Assembly: GCF_964355755.1 (NCBI RefSeq)
Contig: NC_092672.1
Coordinates: forward strand, 5,704,001 to 5,768,000
From: Antedon mediterranea
Lineage: Eukaryota > Animalia > Echinodermata
Direction: 5' to 3'
DNA length: 64,000 nucleotides
Both the position numbers and the translations under genes were made by a program. Under the pieces are notes generated by a model, which worked only from the letters and a program-made list of their open reading frames with translations, was not told the DNA's origin and searched no databases. Below, one piece after another: positions 23,231-64,000 of the stretch. Within the stretch, counting starts at the first letter, position 1. Every line of letters begins with the position of its first letter.

Positions 23231-24865
23231 AAAGCGAATTTTCAGTGATTTTTATGAGGATTGTGTGAAAGTTCTTTCCAAAAAATTGATAAATATTCAT
23301 AAATAATTTATTTGAAGATTTGAAAAAAATCAATAAAAACCACTACACAAAAACCTACTAAATCTCTCCATAGTAAGTTACAAATGACAGTAGAGAAAAA
23401 ATATTGGAAAGTCCAAATAGAAAGAACTTCATCGAAAATTATTTTGTTTTGCAAGCCATTAAGAGACCAGCAGCAGAAGTGATAGATGTATGATAAATAT
23501 GCTTTCAAATTCATATTAGATAGCATGCAGCAGGCATTCCCCTGCACAGCTTGTATAATTTATATTACGGTACGAATAATAATACTATATTATCTTTGCC
23601 TCATGTTAATAAACTATGAAATAAATTATTATGAATATATGATGATGGCTAACAAGACAAAAACAAAGATATTGAAACACAAATAATTTGCATCATTGAA
23701 ACAACAGTTTAATAGATACACATAGGCCTAAATGAAATTACACACGTTATTCTACAGTACAAAATCAGCTATGCCAATTCTCACAGACTTATTAACCCTT
23801 CTTTTAATGTTTAAGGTTTTAACAGAAGCCAAAAGCATCTATTTGCATATTTTAAACATCATTTTTTTATGGCTTGATCTAGTAAAATTATTCTCCTATT
23901 AAACAGACTCACCAAAAAAAAATATAGCAATTATAGAATTGATGTTTGTGATGATTTGTACGCAAGCATACAGTATAGTTATTGTACAGAAATGTTTTTC
24001 GTTTACTCCTGTAAAATACACGGAGCTGTAGGTCAAGAATAAAACACTGATTTCACAAAAGTCACACATGCGTACATTAACCTTGCACGCAGGGTTTGGA
24101 CTGATGACTGTTCTACTAGCGCGGTTAAATAAAATGATAAACTAAAATAAATCAATGATGATATGCACCCAAAATATTGCCACTTATGTTTTTACCCCGC
24201 TCTTGAACTATGACCTATGAACTATGACCTATAGCGCCCTGTATAAAGGTCTCATTTTTAACATGTTTTTTTTTTCCTTTATTATACCATTTGGTGGGTT
24301 ATGTGTATGTGTAAATAGGTTGATTTGTTGAGGATTTATAATTTGGTGTGACACAAAATTATTGTAAACTCACCAAAATATGCACCAGTTTTTGTAACAA
24401 TTTTGACCCAAATAATCCCTTTGTGGAATACACTAAAAATAATATAATAACAAGGCCTAATTGACCACTTACATTTTAAACGGCATCCATGTCAACATGG
24501 ATATGAAAAATCTCAACTACAGTATCTACAAATATTATTATAACTATTCCATACACAATAATTGTCTCTCTATAGCCTACATACAGATAGTTTTGTGAGA
24601 ATTTATCCTCAAATTATGATATACAATAAAAACATATGTTTTAAAATTTTCTGAGGAAATCCCATACTTTAAACGACATATCTATAAATATCACATTTTT
24701 TATTTTTATATTGTTCTGATAAAATATTTTCCTTCCACACAATTTAAAGTCATAATATTGGTCATAATTACTTTATATCTTTAAAACGCTGTAATCAAAA
24801 AATAAAATCTCTAGTACCTATGTTTACTGTACTTGTAATAAAAGTGCAATTCAGTAGAAATGACA

Positions 24866-25175
24866 TATATGTTTAGGTTAACATATGCTAGACATGTTTA
24901 GGTGAACATATGCTAGACATGTTTAGGTTAACATATGCTAGACATGTTTAGGTTAACATATGCTAGACATGTTTAGGTTAACATATGCTAGACATGTTTA
25001 GGTTAACATATGCTAGACATGTTTAGGTGAACATACAGTAGGCTAGACATGTTTAGGTTAACATATGCTAGACATGTTTAGGTTAACATATGCTAGACAT
25101 GTTTAGGTGAACATAGGCTAGACATGTTTAGGTTAACATAGGCTAGACATGTTTAGGTAAACATAGCCTAGACAT
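24866..25175. repeat. 25-bp minisatellite, about 12 copies
   Basis: ACATGTTTAGGTTAACATATGCTAG. Confidence 0.95.
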
Positions 25176-27730
25176 ATTTAATTTAACCTGATCAGGACAT
25201 GTTTAGACATGTTACTTGGCTGTAAACTCTGAATAACAAAATGTCAACAAAAGTAATTTTAAGGATGAACTTTCTTGCACTAGTATTAAAACATTTATAA
25301 AATTTATTTTAACATTAAAAACATATTTCAATAAATGTGCTTCAGTTTAAATTATGTCTGTAATAAAACAAATTACATGAATGAACACTTCCATCAAAAA
25401 GTGTACAAACGGTCAGACAGTATGTGTAAGTCGAATGCAATATCGCCCTCTATTTTTTTTTCAGTACAAAATAGCACTGGTTGGAACATTGGTTGTTTTA
25501 GACATGGAAACTAAACTAAAAAAAGTCAGTAGCGAATCAGAATCTTTCAGGTCTACTCCTCGATTTTTGTTATGACAATGCAGCACTGTTTAAAAATAAC
25601 TGCAAAATGATTTAAATTTAGGCAAATAGACCAGGTTGTTTATTATAAAAGCTTGGTTATACTGTGTGTCATTTGTCCAATTTAAAGTTTTAGTTATTTT
25701 ACAACAGCATAAGTTAAAATAAATTTCTTTTAGCATAAAATAATTTCAAAAAATAAAAACTTGTTAGCCTCCTCAGCAAAATAATGTTTCCACCTTTATC
25801 TGCAGCGCCTCCAGGCACTGTTTGGTCTATATGTAAACATGATGGGTCGCTAGAAATGTTATGTAATATAACGGTATTAATATTGCCTATCGTAATAATG
25901 TATCATTTAAAGAGTTTAATTTACAAGTAACAAACTATAAACATTTTTTAGACATTAAATTAGGCCTACTTGATAGAGAAATTCTGTAAAAACAAACAAT
26001 TAATACAAATAAATATGTTTTAATCTAGTTATACAATTTTAAAACTTTTGTAATATACAACTTATTAATATGTGAAAAATAATTAAAACAATAACCATTT
26101 AGTCGTAATGGCTGCTCATAACCATTGGTTACTAAACCACCCACTGTCTAAACTATCTAGACAACATCAGATATTTTATTTATTCTGTTTACACTAAAGT
26201 GGCAAGGAAAAAAGGAATCTGTTGTATGTATGTTTAATTCAAACAGCTTCAACATCAAAATGACAAAAATAATTTATTTTTTATGAAATTGTAAATGAAA
26301 AATATTGAATACATTTGAGTTTAATCCAATATCCTCTTGTATTGTGCACAAGAATATAAATTATGAATACATAATCACACCTGGTTATCAGACAATGATT
26401 TAAATAGCTCATCTTTGCTTCAGTAAAAGCTTTTTTCCAAATATAACTCAAGGCAAGAAAAGTGATTTTTTTTTAAATAAAATTCCAGATTTCTTTTATT
26501 TTAAAAATGTGTCTTTGTGTTTAGAATTATTACATTGCATACAGGATGGTCGATTTTTTTTGTCCCTGCCACTTGAGTGTCAAGAACGTAAAATACCGTA
26601 TGGGACATAAATAAAACACCTTCAATATCATTATTAAATAAATTTAACAATTATTTAAAGTATACTACATCTGATAAATATATAACACATTTTCAATAAA
26701 ATCTTCACAAGGCGGCATAAAATTCCAGTTCATTTTCCCGATATCATGTTCTTTTTTTTTCTTATAACAGAAAGTCATTTGGAAAACATGGAGTAATCTC
26801 TCCAGAAACGTAGCTTAAAATACACCAAAGTGTTCCCTTTGTCAATTCGTTTTAACTATACAGAAATTCAATAAGAAAATCAGATACATTTTATTGAAAA
26901 CATTGCAGTTTTTTTCCTTTTTACACGAATACTGTATACCTACAAATATACATAACAGTAGTATTATGTGTGTTCTTTTATATTTATATATGTAAAACAG
27001 CATAGATATAATTAATATCTACTTTTTGACACCACAATGTGGCTACCACAAATCAGATATGTAATTCAATATGCTATTTAACGCGAGGCCCGACATTGCC
27101 GTTGTGATGGTTACTGTTCTCGTAGCGTTATCGAATTCTTAAATTTAATGCCCCACGTACAAAGCTGTCCTCATATGCGATTTTCTTCAATCATTGAGTT
27201 TTTAGAATGGAGATTTGTAATTAACATTAACACTTACATAGTACACATTTCTATTAGCTCATACTGTTATAACATCGTACATTGAAAACATATTTGTTTA
27301 ATATATGGTAGTTTTTCACAAAGTATTGAAAATTGAATTTTGTTATACATTGTTTCAAATTACTAACAGTGGCCATCTTTGTCATGGGAACATATTTTAG
27401 AATCTCTAACTTCTCTATGGTTAACACAACAAGAATGTAAACAGTTGTCATGGAAATAATCTCAATATGTTTCTTGTTTCCATGACAATTGTTGTTCCTG
27501 AGCAGTGACTGGTCTACCTTCTTTTAAACCATGCTTCAAATAATCTTAGATTTTATATAGAATTTTACCTGAAAAATAAAAAAAATAGAAATAGTTACAC
27601 ACAAAATTATAAGATCATTTAGATACACATTAACAATAACAACTGAATTGAACTGAATATTTAAAGTATTGTTTTAAACAAAGTGCTGAACTTCATAATG
27701 TCCTATGTATCTTTTAAATTGTAATGCTAA

Positions 27731-27889
27731 AGCCGATTTTCCACTAGGCGAATTTGTTCGCGCGAATCCAACGCGCCAGCTTGTACGCATGTGTATTCAT
27801 GTTTACGTTTTCCAAATCCTTCTCTACGCATGCGTATTAGCTGACGCCTTCGATTCGCGCAAACAAATTCGCCTAGTGGAAAAACGGCT
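27731..27889. mobile_element. Palindromic MITE (Harbinger-like)
   Basis: AGCCGATTTTCCACTAGGCGAATTTGTTCGCGCGAATC ... GATTCGCGCAAACAAATTCGCCTAGTGGAAAAACGGCT; TAA/TTA flanks. Confidence 0.8.
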
Positions 27890-30800
27890 TTACAATTGTG
27901 GGTGACCTATGGACAGGCTGATGTCACAGGTTCTGACCAGAATTGTTATTGGGTTTTCTGTGAAAATAAAGTAGAACAACCTTCCCTTTCGCAAGCTATA
28001 ATGGTTACGCAATGCAAGTCCAATGTTTTTTTTTAGTTTGAGCCAAATTAATTTTTTGCTAGTGATTGAAGCTTGATGAGGCAGTAGCAATGAAAAAACA
28101 CATATATTGATAATAGCATTAGTATTGATACAATGCAAAGGCATAGTTAGTCATATCATTTTTCATTTCATTTCTTTATTCGAATTCATAAAATAACACA
28201 ACATAAAAAAAATACAAAGAATGAATTCAGGGTAACACAAAAAAGTAACAAAAGGTCAAACTTATTTCCATTGTGGTCCTTATCATGCTGGTTGTCATCA
28301 GCAAATAATTGTTAATAAAAATTAAAAATTAATTAAATAAAAATTATATATTTATAACAATAATACATCTATACTGAATATCATCATTTTGTGTTCTGAT
28401 AATTTTAATATATGAACTATTTGTTTGCTTTTGGGCTCAAATCCAACCTTATCAAGTAGACTCTGTAAGGTATGGAGGTACAAGTGTCAGGTTTGTGACT
28501 TGGAGGTCGCAAGTTCAAGCATAAAATAATTCAGTATCAGTTTGAGCAAAATCCTTTTTAACATATTGTAAAGTACACAAACATACCAAAATTGAGAAAG
28601 CATCTGGGCAGGTGGGAGAAAAAAAATAGTTTTGGATGACATTTTCTACGCTCGGTATTGAGCTAAAGGGGTCAAAGAAATGGTCACGAAGACAGTGCTG
28701 TAAACAATAACATTTTAAGAGAAAGAGAAAAGCATATTGTTTATTTGTCTATTTTGTGTGTTATACGATCAATCATCACATCCATGGGATGTGTTGTTAT
28801 GATTTCAAAACATTCAACATGCAACTGAAATATTACATACATAAAATATATTAAAAATGTAACACATACTTAGAACAATGTTAAAATGAGTGTTGTTATT
28901 TGCCTATAAATACATTCATGAAAAGCATACTAATATTAAATATTATTATTATAAACCAAATTATTCTGTAAAATCAAGTCAATGATTTTGCGTCGCTATT
29001 CAAAATAATTTAAGCAAGATGAAATAACTGGTTTTGCATAATAAAGACTCAGTTTTTCACTTAAGACTTAACTATCTTGGCTTAAGCAAAAATATAGATA
29101 ATAAATGACAGCCCAGAAGAGTCTGTATTGTTTTTCCTTTTACAGAAAATGTTGTTGCTATATTCAGTAAGTAGGTACTGATGTAAACATTCAGGCATAT
29201 ACATTTGTGTAGTTAACAATTTTGTGATATTTTCTTTATCAACTTTAGTACCACAAATGGTATAAAATAGATAATTGTTTAATTTAGAAATTGGGGATGT
29301 TACTGATAATAATTTTTGAAAGCACTTTATAGTAACTTTTGACTACTTAAAGTTATATTGTCCCCCTGAAAAAAAAATCACTTTGACCAAACATTGGATC
29401 GAAAAAAACATTATTTACCTGAGAAAACTTTAATCTAAAGTAAAAATTGGTCAAATTGGCTGCCAGCCAATGGGTTTTTTGGTTTAATTTAATCATTTAT
29501 TTTGTCATTTTGTAAGTAAAAACATTATTTTTTTCGTTTTTTTTTTCCACCGAAGTAATTAACTTTATTAAAATGACAAAATAACATATTCAAAGTCTGA
29601 TTTAAGTAATCGTAATTGTTCATGTTTTTGGGGGACAATACATACACACAATTGTAAAAACCTTACTAACAACAGACTTACTTTGATCTAGATTCCATTG
29701 CAGCCTCAAAGAAAGAAGAAAAATATTTGTAGAAATGGAAATATAAACATAAAAATATATAAACAATACAAACCAATTGTATCCTTGGTTTGGGTGAAAT
29801 AATCCTTAATTTTGTTTAAATGCGTTAAATGCATGTTGTTACATTCGGAAATAATTTGAAAATGGTGGAAACATTTTAGAATTTGTAATATACAGAACTA
29901 TACAATGTGAAATGCGATCATTGTAGTATAATTAATTTTTTTCTAACTACAGCTGTATATTTTTTAATGGACCAAATTCTTTACAAATGAACACACATAC
30001 TATAAGTCAAAAATATAGCCTATAGTGATATTCTAAACCTTGTTAATACTGAAAAACCCTTAACAAATAAACTTGGTAGTAATTTAATAAGAAAGAACAA
30101 TTATTTTCATTAAAAAAATGTAGAACTACTATGCCTGATATTAAAACAACAAGCACCAACGAGTATCTATCTACACAGCAAGTAAATTGATTTATCTTTC
30201 GGTATAAAAACTTCAACTGTACATCGCAACTAATACACTAGTATACACTAAACATGATACAGTTTAAATTCCTACATCTATCCATGCAACAATAACAAAA
30301 AAATGATAATAAAAACAAAAATTAATATTACAACAATGTTTATTGTTGGACATAATCCCTAGTGATGAATCAACCAATCAAAAGGCACATTTTGGTCATG
30401 TGACATTGGGTATATTGATGTAATATTTTGAGAGATTATTTTACCATAGTTCATCATGGTTGTAATGTCTGGAAAAATTATGTAAAAAAACTTATCTGTT
30501 GGTGGTTCCAGTCTACAAGAACTAATGTCAAATTATGTGAAATAAAATAATGTATTAATAAACAGTATAGTACATAATGTAGGTCACCCTTTTTTTCTTA
30601 ACATCTAGGTTTTTCTAAGCCAATAATCTATATTTTAAAGTTATTTATTAAAAGGTAAAAAAACATTTTGTCGCAAGAATAATTATTATAACAATAATTA
30701 TAATTAAGAAATACAATACATAATTTACTACAGGTATTTCATTGGCTAAAAATATATTATACAGTTGCCCAAATATGGGAATGAACAATTCTATTTCAAA

Positions 30801-32403
30801 GCATTTTTTAAGAAATACTAATTTTATTAGAAACACATTAGAAATACAGAACCTGTTAAAACAAGAAAAAGAATCCTCTGATTCATGAACAATGTATTTT
30901 AAATGTTATTAATTATACTATCCTAAATTGTGAGTTAGCATGAATTACCATACAGACTCAGATATAAGCCCATTCTCAAGTTTAGTAGGGTGATCTTGTA
31001 GGCTACTCAATATAGGCTTATACCCATACAGTATAGCAGTTTGCATCTAAAAAATGTTCAATTAAAAAAAACCTAGTGCTTTAACTAATACAGAAAAAAG
31101 ACAACACATAACGGATACATGAAATTGCTGACAAAAACTATACTCTATAATAAACAGGCGACTATTCACACAACAGTGACACCTGTGATTGCTTTATGCA
31201 AATGAGATAAATGCCACATTAACACCATTTTTTTTCTAGATCATGAAGTATGTAGATATGGAATGTTAGAAAGAAAAGGAAAAAACAAGAGAACAAGATG
31301 CTATTATGTTTGTTATAGAAGATGCCACAATAAGGTAAATATGACAGGATTCAGAAGTAACGCTTGTTGACATAAAGAAAATAAAAACATTAAACTTTAC
31401 TTCCATTGGGTAAGAAAAAAAAAGCAAACTTAACAAATAAAAAACAATAATAATAATCATAATAACAATAATCATATAAAAACATTTCTTGTTCATTCAC
31501 ATTTAAACTGCAAACTCACTTTTTTGTTTCTCATAAATTTTTGGTTTTCAGGACTCCATAAAATCTGTAAAATGATTAGCAATGTTCTGTTTAATTTCTG
31601 GTAATGACGGTGTATTTATTCTTCAAATTTGTAATTGTTTATGTTTTACCGTGATCATTGAGTCGGTGTGTTTATCATTCTGAGGTTTCTAAGGGGAATT
31701 TGTAGAAAATAAATGAGTGAATATTTTATCTACAATAAATTTAAACTAAAATCATAAAATAAAGAATAAAACAAATAAATGATTACAGAACAAAAGAATT
31801 AAATTAACCAGCAAAATTTACTAGAAAAAATATTTTTTTAAAGGCAGTCACAAACATGTTTTAAAATTGTAAAATGTTGTTTGCATGGTCAGTTGTTGCT
31901 ACTTGCAACTATATTGCAATAAAAACAAAGTTACTGCAGTAAATGCAGTGTTAAAGCAGTAGAATTACTGCAGTAATATTGTTGTTTGCAGCAGCACAGT
32001 AATGGAATATTTGTGAAATTCTGAGGATCAGCTACTAACAGACATGAAATGATGCAGCAAAAAGTAAGAACAATCTCAAAATCTAGCACCTTTTCTAAAT
32101 AATGAATAGAAATAACCGAAAAAAAAAATGTAAAAATCTGTAAAAATATTTGAACAATGAACAATTTAAAATGAAACACAAATATTGAAAATAACAGCAT
32201 ATCATGAATATTCATGTATTTAAAAATTTAAATATTCATAATCTGATTTCCCACTAGTTACTAATATGTGGGCAATTCATACTAAAATCTAGATTATCTT
32301 AACCCATTATCAACTGCTTTGTGATTGGTTAGATTAGTTAGCAGGTTAATTAGCATTCAAAGCATTAATGAATATGCATTAAAACTGTTTATGAAAGGTG
32401 TGA

Positions 32404-62773
<30,370 letters not shown>

Positions 62774-64000
62774 CTGTCAAAAAAAAATTGTTTTGTTAAT
62801 GGAAAGTAAATATCGCCTTTAAATCTGCCTTGAAAATTCATATTTTTCTTTCAAATTAAGCTCTCTCATACACTGCGCCTTTGGTCACTTACTGCTGGAA
62901 TTTACGCATTACAAATTCGTATTACAACCTTTAATGTTAAATATAGTATTTATACTGGAGAGGTACGCAATAAATTGCAATGTACCACTTTAGCATTAGG
63001 CACCCATAAGCGTATGAATGGTGCAAATGGCCAAACACTAGAGAAACCATCTAAAGACAACTAAAATACAGTTCCATCCATCAAATGAGAGTGCCTACTA
63101 TGAAATTTGTAGCCAAAACTATTATTCTTAAGATTTTGAAACAAAACACATTTAAAAACATACGCGATTGCTAGGTAACTATTGAACAAGAGAAGTTATT
63201 GACAATCAATCAGTATATAATCCAATTAACATAATATGTGTCATGAATATTAGCATATAATTAAAGTTAATATTGACATAGTATAATAGATATGTGTGCA
63301 TACACATATGGTATAGAGTATTTTCTTGGAGAATTCTTAAATTTTAACATGTTGCTAACTGCCATATACCTAGTTTTACCCTGAAGTGTGTGGGTTCACT
63401 AATCCTAAATGAAATATGTCGATCAAATTTTCATACTAGTATTCAAATTAGGTTTAGTATATACTCCAGTGACCTACTTACTGTACATTAAAAAAATTAC
63501 ACAAATTGTTCAGTTTTACTATATCCAATAAAAATAACAAAACTTACAAAAGGATGTGTTTAAAACAAGAAAACATAGGCTTTTTCATACCATTTTGTTC
63601 CTTTATAATACAAATTATTTTGTTCCTTTATAATAAAAATTTTTTTTTTAAATAAATTTTATATTCTAACATGTTGACATGTATGGATCTATACTCAAAA
63701 CAAAAATATTAAAAAATACTTTTAAAAGAAAAATTTTATATTTTAACATAAAATGTCAATCACTTAAATTTACTGGTATTCAAGTGGCCTACTTATACAT
63801 TCATCAACATAAAATGTTACTATATATAATAAAACTAAACAATGGGAACAAACAAAAATAGACGGCCTTTTTTTAAAAGGTTGAGACTATAAAACAATTA
63901 TAGAAGTAATGCCAATGCAAAAGCCATGCGTTAAATACGGTTACAAGACAGAGAAAAAAAAATTATAACAATATACAGTTTAATTTTAAACCAAAGAGAT

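Noticed and set aside
24866-25175. CRISPR-like array
   Set aside because: Head-to-tail 25-bp repeats with no unique spacers, in a eukaryotic context.

Overview
AT-rich, intron-rich animal genomic DNA (invertebrate; the repeat types and GRK2 sequence suggest a marine deuterostome such as an echinoderm, which is inference). Two convergent multi-exon genes were reconstructed by hand from splice sites. (1) + strand, 807-20696, 5' end outside the window: a type I membrane protein with a Reeler domain, 27 single-exon EGF repeats, one TM helix and a short tail. (2) - strand, 62773-32404, N-terminus outside the window: a GRK2/beta-adrenergic receptor kinase orthologue (end of RH domain, kinase, AGC tail, PH). 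Introns hold many mobile elements: a decayed 3.3-kb LINE with a 9-bp TSD, a 3.35-kb foldback element, nested hAT/Harbinger elements, a 5S+tRNA+Deu-like SINE, MITEs and minisatellites. Most interesting: a tandem pair of frame-incompatible, probably mutually exclusive exons for the lipid-binding half of the GRK2 PH domain with Rbfox/MBNL-type motifs; a PDZ-ligand-like extension (EKETTVL) in frame behind the TAG stop of the EGF receptor; a variant minimal hammerhead ribozyme; and an orphan minus-strand first exon with a 3-codon uORF. All coordinates were read by eye; no searches were run.
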